A stretch of DNA of 64,000 nt. It comes from an uncultured delta proteobacterium. GTDB taxonomy: Bacteria > Desulfobacterota > Binatia > UBA9968. Under the pieces are notes generated by a model. That model saw only the letters and a list, made by a program, of their open reading frames with translations, did not search any database and had not been told where the DNA came from. Both the position numbers and the translations under genes were made by a program. The DNA is taken from positions 192,001 through 256,000 of the forward strand of contig CAVSHR010000012.1 of NCBI GenBank assembly GCA_963727625.1, given 5' to 3'. Of the stretch, positions 10,736 through 20,311 are shown piece after piece. Positions within the stretch are counted from its first letter, which is position 1; every line of letters begins with the position of its first letter.

Positions 10736-11155
10736 TCAATCCTCTAATACGGGTTTGTCGGCAACATGTTTCGCCAAATCGGTGACCGATAGGACACCGA
10801 TGGGTTTAAGATGACCCTGGGCCGTCTCGACGACGACCAAACGGTGAATATGCTTTTCATTGAGCAACTGCACCGCCTCGCTGATCGTCGTCTCCATCGA
10901 AACACTGATCACCGGCTTGCTCATGATATGTTCGGCGTTCAGACCGCGCCAATGTTTCATGTAAGGTTCGACGAAGCGCGCATTGACAAGATCGGTGCGT
11001 GATATTACCCCGACGGCATGCTTTAAAGCGTCGACGACGACAAGGGCGCTGATGTCGTTGGCGGCCAAAGCCGCTGCAACATCCTCGATCGGCGTCTCAG
11101 GACGACAAGTAATCACGCCGCGGTGCATCCAATCTTGAACTTTTTTATCCTGCAT
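10736..11155 (-). CDS. CBS-domain protein
   Basis: Tandem CBS repeats (VQDWMHRGVITC, GVISRTDL, IHRLVVV, GVLSVTDL). Confidence 0.9.
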   Translation of the reverse strand: MQDKKVQDWMHRGVITCRPETPIEDVAAALAANDISALVVVDALKHAVGVISRTDLVNARFVEPYMKHWRGLNAEHIMSKPVISVSMETTISEAVQLLNEKHIHRLVVVETAQGHLKPIGVLSVTDLAKHVADKPVLED

Positions 11156-11168
11156 CTTGTCCCTCGTC

Positions 11169-13109
11169 CTAGGCCGCGGCGATCATTACTTCGCGCGGGA
11201 TCTCCAGCGCCTCGCTTCGCCCGCGGCGCACCGCTTCCAAGTTCTCCTGCACGACCTGCTCGCCGCGCTTGCCGAAAAACTTGCGTAACGACTTTTCTAT
11301 GGCGGCAAAAACAGCAGCTTCCTCAAGCTGTCGTTCCTGGATGAACGGCGCCACGCGCAAAAACACGCCGAGCAGGACAATGCCCTGCATGCGCTGGGCG
11401 AGCTCGCGATGACTGCTCAATTCTTGCGCGACTTTCACCGCATCGAGCGCCAACACACGAATGCGATTTTCACAAATAAACTTCCTTGCAGGGGCCGGGA
11501 TACTAGACCAAATCTGGCCGGCATCGCGGCTTGGATGTTGAACGAAAACCGTGCCGCCGGGGACCAAGCCCGCGAGCGGATTGCCGAGATTAAATGCGTT
11601 GACGTTGTTTAACGGGACAAAATCGACTTGGCGTAATTCGGCGTGGATGCCGATCGGCTCGTCTGCGACGGTCAGAAAATAGGTCGTCGGCAAACCCTTT
11701 TTCTCCGAGCCGTACATTGGATAGGCTTGCACTTGCAAGCCGAATAGGTCGCCGACGATGGTTGCAATGACTTTGTTCGTCGTCACTGAACCGTAGCCGC
11801 CGATCGAGTGCCCACGCATGGAAAACGCCCCTTTCGGCCGCACGTCCGGCTCCGTATCTACCGAAAGGCTAAGCGGATGTTCAAGACCCAATACGAAAAA
11901 GCGCTGCGGCTTATTGTCGCGCATGTGTTCAAAGACGGCGACGCAATCGCCGGGTCGAATATCGCGGCTGCCGAGACCGGCGGCGCCGGAATAAACTGTC
12001 GGCGCATGATCGATCTTCGGATAGTCCGGCGCGCCGGACAGAGCATCGGCAAACGCGGCCTTAATTTCGGCGGTCAATGGATTGGATTGCGCCGTCGGAT
12101 TGTCCATTCGTTCAAGGATTGCGATCGCTTTGGCGCCCTTTAAAGCTTCGACGATTTCGGCGCCCGGAAACGGGCGAAAACTGGTCACGTGCAACGTACC
12201 GACCTTGATACCTGCATGCGCGCGGAGATACTTTGCCGTCGCGGTCGCGGTTTCGATTAGACTGCCCATGCCGACGATCACGTATTCGGCGTCGTCCAGC
12301 GCGTATCCGCCGGTCATGCCGTAGCGTCGTCCGGTCAGGCCATAGAATTCATCCATGACGCGCTTCATGATCACCGGAATGCGCTCGTAGAAATAACGCT
12401 GCGCGATTTTGCCTTTCATGTAGCTGTCCTGATTTTGCACGACGCCGCTCATGATCGGGTGCGCCGGGTCCATTAAATTACGCAACCGGTGTTCCCCGCT
12501 CGGGTCGCCGATGAATTGCTGCATCGCTTCCGCTTCCGGCAAACAGAGGCTTTCAATCGTATGCGTGGTCAGAAAACCGTCCTGAATATTGAAAAACGGC
12601 GTCTCCGATTCTTCGGCGATGCGCCGCGCGATCAGCGCCAGATCCCCAGCTTCCTGAACATTGCGCGCGAACAGCATTCCCCAGCCGCAGTCGGCCACGC
12701 CCATGACATCGTCGTGGCCGGCGTGAATATTGAGTCCCTGCGAGGTCAACGCCCGCGCGCCGATGTGAAATACCGCCGGCAAACGCTTGCCGGCAATGAC
12801 GTAGAGCACCTCTTTCATCAGAATCAGTCCCTGGCCCGACGTGAAATTCGCTACGCGTCCGCCGGCAAGAGCGAAGCCTTCACAGGTGCTGGCGGAGCTG
12901 TGCTCGGATTCCAATTCAAGAAAAGCCAGCGGCTCGCCCCAGAGATTTTTCTGCCCGTTGGCCACAGCCAACTGATAGCCGCCGCCCATGTTGGTGGACG
13001 GCGTGATCGGATAGGCGCACGCCCCTTGAGTGATATGCGTCTCAACCCAGACGACCGCTTCGGAACCGTCGGCCGTCGTCGGAATACCAGGGAAAGGAAA
13101 TGAACTCAT
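11169..13109 (-). CDS. 2-oxoacid (pyruvate):ferredoxin oxidoreductase, alpha/gamma subunit
   Basis: AYPITPST, ESEHS, NFTSGQGL, QDGFLTTH, gamma domain HSIGGYG and YGSEKKG; ATG 13109 after CAGGAG. Confidence 0.92.
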   Translation of the reverse strand: MSSFPFPGIPTTADGSEAVVWVETHITQGACAYPITPSTNMGGGYQLAVANGQKNLWGEPLAFLELESEHSSASTCEGFALAGGRVANFTSGQGLILMKEVLYVIAGKRLPAVFHIGARALTSQGLNIHAGHDDVMGVADCGWGMLFARNVQEAGDLALIARRIAEESETPFFNIQDGFLTTHTIESLCLPEAEAMQQFIGDPSGEHRLRNLMDPAHPIMSGVVQNQDSYMKGKIAQRYFYERIPVIMKRVMDEFYGLTGRRYGMTGGYALDDAEYVIVGMGSLIETATATAKYLRAHAGIKVGTLHVTSFRPFPGAEIVEALKGAKAIAILERMDNPTAQSNPLTAEIKAAFADALSGAPDYPKIDHAPTVYSGAAGLGSRDIRPGDCVAVFEHMRDNKPQRFFVLGLEHPLSLSVDTEPDVRPKGAFSMRGHSIGGYGSVTTNKVIATIVGDLFGLQVQAYPMYGSEKKGLPTTYFLTVADEPIGIHAELRQVDFVPLNNVNAFNLGNPLAGLVPGGTVFVQHPSRDAGQIWSSIPAPARKFICENRIRVLALDAVKVAQELSSHRELAQRMQGIVLLGVFLRVAPFIQERQLEEAAVFAAIEKSLRKFFGKRGEQVVQENLEAVRRGRSEALEIPREVMIAAA

Positions 13110-13348
13110 GCTTTCTCCTGTGAAATTCGCCATAAGTATTGAAAGCCGCGCAGCAAATCGCCGGCGGTAAAAAGCGGCACGAGGTAACCCGTGTCATCAA
13201 GGACAACCATCGGCCCGAGGCGCGGATTGCGCGCCATTGGAGTATGTTCTGGGGCTATCAGTGCGTCCTCCACCGGAAATTCTTCATACGCCTGCGCCAT
13301 CTTTTCAAAGATCAAATCGTGCTCGTGATCGTTGGTCGTGGCTGTCAT
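13106..13348 (-). CDS. Small hypothetical protein, first gene of the PFOR operon
   Basis: 80 aa; stop overlaps PFOR start (ATGA); lies just downstream of a sigma54 motif. Confidence 0.65.
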   Translation of the reverse strand: MTATTNDHEHDLIFEKMAQAYEEFPVEDALIAPEHTPMARNPRLGPMVVLDDTGYLVPLFTAGDLLRGFQYLWRISQEKA

Positions 13349-13390
13349 ATTTCATGCCCCCGCTAACCCAACCGCTAAACTGATTACGTC

Positions 13391-13405
13391 GCAAGGCCAA
13401 TGCCA
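13391..13405 (-). promoter_or_regulatory. sigma54 -24/-12 promoter of the PFOR operon
   Basis: TGGCAT-TGGCC-TTGC on minus strand, about 43 nt upstream of ATG 13348. Confidence 0.8.
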
Positions 13406-13644
13406 GCCCAAGTGCAACTGTATCAACGGTACCGGCTCAGTGATTTTTCATTACTAGGAAAAGTGGCTCTCCCCTTTATCAGGGATGCGAAGACTTTACT
13501 TGCGGCCATGCAGTGGACGACGAAGTAAACTACGGTCAGCGCGGGCCCGTAGCTCATCACGGAATAGCCGCTCAGTACGTTTGCCGCGGCGCCGGCGAAT
13601 TCCTTGAAAAAGCCGACATTGAGGATGAGCCGTGATTCTCCCCG

Positions 13645-14988
13645 TTACAGCCCGAAATGATAGCGGATGCGCAACTCGACGCGGTAGTCGTTTTGTTTCT
13701 CGCCGAACTCAGTACCCCTCTTTCCCAGCAGAAAGGCCGTGCGAAAACGCAACTCGAGATTCGTCAGCGGGCTGTAAGCGAGCTCTGGAATCAGGTTCAA
13801 GCTGCCGTCGGTCAGGTTGACGATGGAGGTGAGCGCCGGCGTCAAATAAAGAATATCGAAGGGCTCCTTCTGACTGGCCCGAAAATATAAGTAGTGTCGC
13901 GCCGGATTGACTCTGCCATAGGGACCGTCGAGCAACTTCGCCGCGCGCCGGATGCTGCTGTCGTTGCCGGTGTTTTTGAAAGTTCGATAACTGTCATCTA
14001 CGAAAGTGATGAAGTCTTTGATCTGCGCTCGGCTATAGCCGCCGCCGTTATGATAATATTCGAGTAAGTAGGTGGTCTCTTGCTCGCTCAAGTAACGCAG
14101 CCCCAGGAGATAACTAAGCGCATCCGATTGCGTCTGGTATCCTTGCCCGTTCGCGTGAATGGCCATCGCATCGAGGTTGTTCACCGCGGCGAACTCGCCG
14201 TGGACTTCCAAATTGGTCGTGAGGTTCCTGGAAAAATCGAAACCGTAGCGGGTAGTGCGGCTCTGTCCGGTCAACACCATGAAGTCGATGTCGGTGTCAT
14301 AGAGCAACAGATAGAGCTTAGACGCGAAATTGGTTCGGCGCGGCTCGCCGAACTTGGCGTTGATGTATTTGTAAACTGGGATGATCGCGGTCGTCAGCGT
14401 CAAGGTTTTGAGCGGGCCGTTGAAGCTGCGAATATAATCCGCAGTCGCGACGGTACTGCCCTCCAGTGCCTCTTCGGGATCTTCCGGGTTTTTTGGCCGA
14501 TCGATAAAACTGACCGGATTCCAGGCGTAGCCCTTACCCCACTTCATGACTTTCTTGCCCGCTTCGAAAATAAAATTCTCGTTGGGCTTTGCCGACGCGT
14601 AGGCTTCGAACAGCTTGGTATCCTCGTCCCATCCCTGAAAATCATTGCGCACGAGCGTATCGGTCTTGAAAAACATCGAGAACCAGTCTTTCTTGTAGCT
14701 TCCTTCCAGGCGCAGGCGAAAGTTGTATTGATCGAAAAGACTATCTTGTCGATCTTTGAAAAAGCGCGCGCGCGAAACCGCCGAGTCGCGATCGATCCCC
14801 AACAGCGTGGGTTGAAATTCGAATAAACCGCCCAGGCTGTAGGGCTTGTCGGCTACCTTGTCGACTTCCTTCTGCAACTCCGAAAGATCGATCTCGAACT
14901 TACGCTTCTCTTGTGGCTGTTCTTGGGAATACAGGTTCGATGCTAACAACAAGACCGAGAGGAGAACCGCCAGTTTTGCGAAAACCAT
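13645..14988 (-). CDS. Putative outer-membrane beta-barrel protein associated with the ABC exporter
   Basis: Signal peptide, amphipathic beta pattern, GKKVMKWG..WNPVSF, C-terminal RIRYHF. Confidence 0.7.
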   Translation of the reverse strand: MVFAKLAVLLSVLLLASNLYSQEQPQEKRKFEIDLSELQKEVDKVADKPYSLGGLFEFQPTLLGIDRDSAVSRARFFKDRQDSLFDQYNFRLRLEGSYKKDWFSMFFKTDTLVRNDFQGWDEDTKLFEAYASAKPNENFIFEAGKKVMKWGKGYAWNPVSFIDRPKNPEDPEEALEGSTVATADYIRSFNGPLKTLTLTTAIIPVYKYINAKFGEPRRTNFASKLYLLLYDTDIDFMVLTGQSRTTRYGFDFSRNLTTNLEVHGEFAAVNNLDAMAIHANGQGYQTQSDALSYLLGLRYLSEQETTYLLEYYHNGGGYSRAQIKDFITFVDDSYRTFKNTGNDSSIRRAAKLLDGPYGRVNPARHYLYFRASQKEPFDILYLTPALTSIVNLTDGSLNLIPELAYSPLTNLELRFRTAFLLGKRGTEFGEKQNDYRVELRIRYHFGL

Positions 14989-14991
14989 CGT

Positions 14992-15733
14992 TCACCGAAT
15001 TGTTTCGATTTTTGCGAGAAATTCCAGTGTAAATACCTCATCGGCAACGATCTTCTTCTTGACATTCGCGTACGCGATGATGGACTGATAGCCTTTGTAC
15101 AGCGGGCTGTCGGTCTCGATGATGGATGGCCGCAGAATCCCTTCGAAAGATTTTCTCTCCTTGAAGTAAAGGGTCTTAATCAACAGCCCGGTCGCCGCAT
15201 AGCACTCAACCTTGGTAGGAACGATCGTGTTCTTGTCCACCCACATCTTCAGTTTGTCATAGGCGACCGTGGTCGTCTTCGCCTTCAAATCGAGAACATA
15301 CTCGGTCTTGCCATCCTCAATATTTTGCACGTTGTACTCCACATTGTAGTCGAGGCGCATAATATCCGCGTTATTAAACACGCCGCCCACGACGGACTGA
15401 AGGCTGGTGATCCGTACCGGTTTGCCCACGTTGGGAATGTAGAGCCACATGTTGTCGCCGAGCCTAAGCGTGGCCCTGCCTTTTTCACTTGCCGGAGAGA
15501 GAAATAGCGAGACAATCTTGTCGTTGCCTTTCTTTAAGTGTGTAGAGGAGAAATTCCCTCTTGGCGCCGTTGGGCTCGATGTTGATGAGCTTGCGGTAAG
15601 ATTCGAACGACTCCGGTTGAAGATTCGCGTCCACTTTCTTGAGAATCTCTGGACCATTCAAAGCGAACACTGGGGCAGCCAATAGAAGCGTGAGACCCAG
15701 AGCGAAGAACCGTTTGACGTAGTAGTTTTTCAT
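14992..15733 (-). pseudogene. Outer-membrane lipoprotein-sorting (LolA-like) protein, frameshifted
   Basis: N-terminal ORF (signal peptide...EFLLYTLK) joins KGNDKIVSLF..SEKG..MWLYIP if one A is removed at 15533-15535. Confidence 0.8.
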
Positions 15734-16977
15734 ACATGCCTCAGCGCGTCGATCGGCTCCATTCTGGAAGCCTTGTACGCTGGCTGAAAGCTCGCGAGAA
15801 CGGACACGATGATCACCATCAGAGAAGCTGTTACGACTTCCGTCGGCGCGATCGTCGGGGCAAGAATGAGACCTGTAGCCTGCCCGAAGTTAAACGTGAT
15901 TTTTGAAAGGTTTAATCCGAAGATGGTTGCCAAGCCAAAAACGACGCCGACGATGGCACCGGTCAGTCCCAGACAAAAGCCTTCGACTAGGAACAGAGAG
16001 AGGATCTTGCGCGGCAGCGTGCCGATCGCCGCGATCGTGCCGATCTCTCTTACGCGCTCATAGACCGCCATGATCATGACGTTGAGAATGCTGATCAGCA
16101 CAATGGCGATGAGCATCAGCTTGATGAAGAACGTCATCAGGTCGATCATCTTGGCGATGTTGGCGAAGGGCGAGAGTTGCGACCAGGTGTGGATCTCGAT
16201 GCCGCCAGATTTTTGTTTTTTCTCACTCAAGCCAAGCCCTCTTCGTAGGCTTTGAGCGACCCCTTCCACCCGCGCCAGGGATCTTACTCTAACCGCGATT
16301 TCGCTCACCTCTTTGCCGGAAATCCGCAAAATTTCTCTGGCATCGTCAAAATTGATGTAACCATCCCGCCCACCCGGTCCAGTAGCGCTTTCCAGAATGC
16401 CGCTTATAAGAAATGTCTTGCCGTTGACGGATCCATCTTTGTTGGTCGCGATCACGACAACGGTGTCGCCGACTTTGGCGCCAAATCCCTGGGCCAACAG
16501 TTTCGGCACCAAGATTTTTCCCTTTTCCAAAGAGCGGAGACTCTTTTCCCCGTCAGTAATCCGGGAGAGCATCTGAGGCAAGGCCGCAAACTCTTTTTCC
16601 GGATATACGCCGTTGATCCTGATATTGGTGGTCTCGGTAAAATTGCTGAACAGAGCGCCAAACTTTATCCGCTCCGAATAAGCTTCAACGTCTTTAATAC
16701 CCGCCAGAGTTTTTTCGATTTGCGACACCGCGGCCGGCGCAAGATTCAGATTCAAAGGAAGACTCTCAATCGAAGCCACGTAGCCGCCGCGATGGATCTG
16801 CAAGGCCCCCAGATAAGAATCGGTGATCTGGGCGATCATGAAATCCTTGATCGAAGCGGTCACGGAGACGAAGACCAGAACAAAGACGACTCCGAAAGCG
16901 ATCAGAGAAATCGTCAGCGCGCTTCTCCGTTTGTACCGCCTCAGGTTGCGCAGCGCGATTTTGAACAGATTACGCAT
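15730..16977 (-). CDS. ABC transporter permease, FtsX/MacB/LolE family
   Basis: IALRNLRR.KRRS, periplasmic loop, NVMIMAVYERVREIGT..AIG, PAYKASRMEPIDALR. Confidence 0.92.
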   Translation of the reverse strand: MRNLFKIALRNLRRYKRRSALTISLIAFGVVFVLVFVSVTASIKDFMIAQITDSYLGALQIHRGGYVASIESLPLNLNLAPAAVSQIEKTLAGIKDVEAYSERIKFGALFSNFTETTNIRINGVYPEKEFAALPQMLSRITDGEKSLRSLEKGKILVPKLLAQGFGAKVGDTVVVIATNKDGSVNGKTFLISGILESATGPGGRDGYINFDDAREILRISGKEVSEIAVRVRSLARVEGVAQSLRRGLGLSEKKQKSGGIEIHTWSQLSPFANIAKMIDLMTFFIKLMLIAIVLISILNVMIMAVYERVREIGTIAAIGTLPRKILSLFLVEGFCLGLTGAIVGVVFGLATIFGLNLSKITFNFGQATGLILAPTIAPTEVVTASLMVIIVSVLASFQPAYKASRMEPIDALRHV

Positions 16978-17662
16978 GAGTTCCCTCGCAGCGCACCAGC
17001 TTGCCGTCTTCTAACGTACAAATGATTTCCGCCTCGCCGATAATTCGCGTATCATGCGTCGAAAAGATAAAAGTCGTGTTGAGATCATCTCTCATCTTTT
17101 TCATGAGCCGGATAATCGTGTAGGCGGTGGCATGGTCAAGATTCGCTGTCGGCTCATCCGCCAAAACCAGTTTGGGGCGCGTGACCAGAGCTCGCGCGAT
17201 GGCGATCCGTTGTTTTTGCCCGCCGGAAAGCTGGTCCGGCAATTTGTCCCTTTGATCCGACATTCCAACGGCTGCCAAAAGCTCAAGCACTCTGCTGTTT
17301 CGCTCTCCGGCAGGCAGATTTTGCACCATGACGAGTGGGTACTCGATGTTTTCAAAAGCGGTCAGCACCGGCATCAGGTTGAAGCTCTGAAAGACAAACC
17401 CGATATTTTTGCCACGAAATTCCGCCGCCCTTTTTCTATCGAGGTTGATCACGTCCACTCCGGCCACCTCAAGGCTGCCCGCGCTCGGCTTATCCAAACA
17501 TCCAATCAAGTTAAGCAACGTCGTTTTGCCGCTTCCAGAGGGACCGACGAAACAAAGAAAAGATCCGGCGTCGATCTCGAAGCTCACGGCCTGCACGGCT
17601 TTTACTTCCACGCTGTCTGTGTCGTAGGTCTTGCTCAAATTCTGTGCGGTAATTAGACTCAT
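16970..17662 (-). CDS. ABC transporter ATP-binding protein, LolD-like
   Basis: [26 protein letters not shown]; start at MSLITAQN (17662). Confidence 0.93.
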   Translation of the reverse strand: MSLITAQNLSKTYDTDSVEVKAVQAVSFEIDAGSFLCFVGPSGSGKTTLLNLIGCLDKPSAGSLEVAGVDVINLDRKRAAEFRGKNIGFVFQSFNLMPVLTAFENIEYPLVMVQNLPAGERNSRVLELLAAVGMSDQRDKLPDQLSGGQKQRIAIARALVTRPKLVLADEPTANLDHATAYTIIRLMKKMRDDLNTTFIFSTHDTRIIGEAEIICTLEDGKLVRCEGTHA

Positions 17663-17729
17663 GAAAGATCGTCGTCTTCCAAAGGTGTGTGATTTTAGCC
17701 AAATGGTTGCGCTTTGCTGACTCACTAAG

Positions 17730-17744
17730 GCAAGCTCCATGCCA
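17730..17744 (-). promoter_or_regulatory. sigma54 promoter of the ABC exporter operon
   Basis: TGGCAT-GGAGC-TTGC on minus strand. Confidence 0.78.
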
Positions 17745-17875
17745 GGAAATTTGTGGTCCGCTATTGCTAACGTTTTTCAACGTCGAGTTCGCACGCATGC
17801 AAAAAAACTCCGGAATATCTTGCATAATCGATAATAAGACCAACGGTAGCGCCGTTTTCAGTCGAAGAAAGTCCC

Positions 17876-17890
17876 TGGCATAATGATTGC
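17876..17890 (+). promoter_or_regulatory. sigma54 promoter of the lipoprotein gene
   Basis: TGGCAT-AATGA-TTGC(T). Confidence 0.78.
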
Positions 17891-17914
17891 TCTCGAAATG
17901 AAATAGTGACCGGC

Positions 17915-18988
17915 ATGCAAATCCTTCGACGACTCCCGGTTTTTCTGTGCAGTGCAGTTTTGGCGGCAAGTTGCCAGAGCATCGGTCCCGGAAGCATTCC
18001 GCGCGATCGGATGGACTATAGCCGCGTGCTGGGTGATTCGTGGAAAGAGCAAATGCTGCTCAACATCGTCAAGCTACGCTATGTTGACCCGCCCGTGTTT
18101 ATGGACATCTCTTCGGTGATCAGTTCCTACCAGCTCGAGAGTCAAGTAAGTGTCGCAGCGGAGATTTTCCCGAAATCACCCCTCGACACCAACTATCGGC
18201 CCGGTGTAAGCGGGACCTTCACAGACCGCCCCACGATCTCCTACACGCCGCTTACGGGGGAAAGATTCATCAATAGCCTGCTGCGACCAATTCGGCCGCA
18301 GACCATCTTTGCAATGATCGGGTCCGGTCATCCCGCCGATTTCATTTTGCAGGCGACCGTGCGGGCCGTCAACGGCGTCTACAACTACTCCGCGTCGCCG
18401 CCACGGGCGCGACGCGAAGACCCGAAGTTCTACCTCGTCACCGAAGCGATTCGCCGAATCCAACAAGCGACCGCACTCAGCGTGCGTATCGAAAAACGCG
18501 CCGACCAAGACGTAACAATCCTTTCCTTTCGTCGCAAGGTTGCGAGCGGCATCGAAAGAGACATTCGCTTCGTTAAAGATTCGTTAGGGCTCGATCCGAA
18601 CAACGACGAGTTCCGGCTCACGTTCGATGCCCTTCAGCGCAGTCCCGATGAGATCGCCGTGCTCACGCGTTCCATGCAGGAGATCCTGAGCGAATTTTCG
18701 GCCGGAGTCGAAGTGCCGGAGCAAGACTTAATCGAGGAACGTGCAATTCCCCCGCCGCCCGTACGCCCGGATGCGGATCCCCGCACCCTACCTGTGGTGC
18801 GCATTCATTCGAGTGCGGCCCGCGCAGTAGATGCTTACGCGGCAGTGAGCTACCGCAGTCATTGGTTTTGGATTGATGACCGCGATCTCAATTCGAAGCG
18901 CGTCTTTATGTTCCTGATGATGTTCTCAACTCTGGCCGAGACTGGCGCCGTGCCGCAGATACCGATCATCACAATACCGGCTCGATAA
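17915..18988 (+). CDS. Hypothetical lipoprotein
   Basis: Lipobox VLAAS-C; LLNIVKLRY.DPP.F and DRPTISYTPLTGE motifs; alternative GTG start at 17906. Confidence 0.75.
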   Translation: MQILRRLPVFLCSAVLAASCQSIGPGSIPRDRMDYSRVLGDSWKEQMLLNIVKLRYVDPPVFMDISSVISSYQLESQVSVAAEIFPKSPLDTNYRPGVSGTFTDRPTISYTPLTGERFINSLLRPIRPQTIFAMIGSGHPADFILQATVRAVNGVYNYSASPPRARREDPKFYLVTEAIRRIQQATALSVRIEKRADQDVTILSFRRKVASGIERDIRFVKDSLGLDPNNDEFRLTFDALQRSPDEIAVLTRSMQEILSEFSAGVEVPEQDLIEERAIPPPPVRPDADPRTLPVVRIHSSAARAVDAYAAVSYRSHWFWIDDRDLNSKRVFMFLMMFSTLAETGAVPQIPIITIPAR

Positions 18989-19127
18989 CATTTATGGCGA
19001 TCGATACTGCGTCTGCTAATGACAGGCCGTTCGAATGTATTCTCAATATTTGGGGTGAGCACGAAACCGAATTCCGAGGCGATCTGATGCTCCGTTCGGC
19101 TTTGGTTGTCAGGAAATTCTGCCCTTG

Positions 19128-19658
19128 TCAGTGTCCTGTAGCGTGGTGACCGTGGTCCGAAACCTGTGCCGAGAACCATTGATGAAGCGCCGTGACCAAC
19201 TTCGGGTCCTTTGCCGTGTAACGGATCGCCGCGCCATCCGGCAAAGCGGAATAACGAACAACGATTTTCTCCGCTCCGGCTTTCAACTGAGCCAGGCCCG
19301 GCATATGCTCGCCGTGGATTTTTGCTGGATCAGAAAAGTCTCCTTTACGAAATCTCTCCGACTCTTCCTTTAGATGGGTCTGTATTAATGCAATTTGTTT
19401 TTTATTCGAAGAATCTTTAACGACTACTTTCTGCAAACCGCCGTCGTCAAGTTTCTGAAACACGTGGGTCGTCTGTACGAGGTCAAAGGGCATCACCTTG
19501 GCGCCTTTTACAGCGACCTTCTCCTGGCGAGTTTGAGCCGGCAAAATTGCCGTCGCGAACAGAACCACAACCACCACGCTCGAAATAATCAGCGCGCCAG
19601 TCGCGAGTAATTTCTCTGTGTGTTTGGAACAAATGTCGTTGGCTTTCATGGAATCCAT
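19128..19658 (-). CDS. Exported protein of unknown function with His-rich C-terminus
   Basis: Signal anchor; VMPFDL..TTHVF, FSDPAKIHG.HMPGL, terminal DHGHHATGH. Confidence 0.7.
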   Translation of the reverse strand: MDSMKANDICSKHTEKLLATGALIISSVVVVVLFATAILPAQTRQEKVAVKGAKVMPFDLVQTTHVFQKLDDGGLQKVVVKDSSNKKQIALIQTHLKEESERFRKGDFSDPAKIHGEHMPGLAQLKAGAEKIVVRYSALPDGAAIRYTAKDPKLVTALHQWFSAQVSDHGHHATGH

Positions 19659-19741
19659 CTCTTTCTGGCTTCGTACTGTAAAATAATTCGACTCCCAGGC
19701 GGTAGGCACCCAGGAGCCGATACCTCTGCGCGAGCACATTG

Positions 19742-20119
19742 TTAGCTACGCGCGGTGGGGCCGCTGAACGGCATCACGCCGCCAAACGGGGTGATGTGGA
19801 TGCTACGCAGTTCGCCTTGTGCATTCTTCAGTTCGACCGAATACATCGTGTGACGCATCCCGCTCGATGGAAGAACTCGCTCCAGCTTGAAGCCTGCCAG
19901 GTTTTTGTCGGCATACTGCTGCGCCAACTCCTTGGCTTTCTCCTCAGTGATCTGCGTTGCCGTGGTACCGCAGAAACCAGGACCCATCATCATGCCGGGA
20001 CCCATTCGTCCCATACCGGGTCCGTGACCTCCACGCCATTGGGCCGTAACGACTGTAAACACGCCCAACAGAACGGTCACGATCGCGACTGTTGCAAGCA
20101 CACCTAGAATTTTTTTCAT
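19742..20119 (-). CDS. Small secreted Gly/Met-rich protein with PepSY-like C-terminal domain
   Basis: Signal peptide; GPGMGRMGPGMMMGPGFCG; ITEEKAKELAQQY..YSVEL. Confidence 0.72.
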   Translation of the reverse strand: MKKILGVLATVAIVTVLLGVFTVVTAQWRGGHGPGMGRMGPGMMMGPGFCGTTATQITEEKAKELAQQYADKNLAGFKLERVLPSSGMRHTMYSVELKNAQGELRSIHITPFGGVMPFSGPTARS

Positions 20120-20164
20120 GGTCTTTCACCTCGTTTCTAGTAAATCATACCGCGATTCGGGAGA

Positions 20165-20179
20165 GCAACGCTTGTGCCA
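20165..20179 (-). promoter_or_regulatory. sigma54 promoter
   Basis: TGGCAC-AAGCG-TTGC(T), full consensus match, about 46 nt upstream of ATG 20119. Confidence 0.85.
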
Positions 20180-20311
20180 GAACGATCTATAACGGACCGG
20201 GGTGATTTTGACCTGACTTCGCAGCTCTAGGAAGATATGCAGTAAGAATTACTCGACCAAATAGTCGAGATTCTCGCCCAAATCGTCGAATTCTTCTATT
20301 CATCCTCTTTA

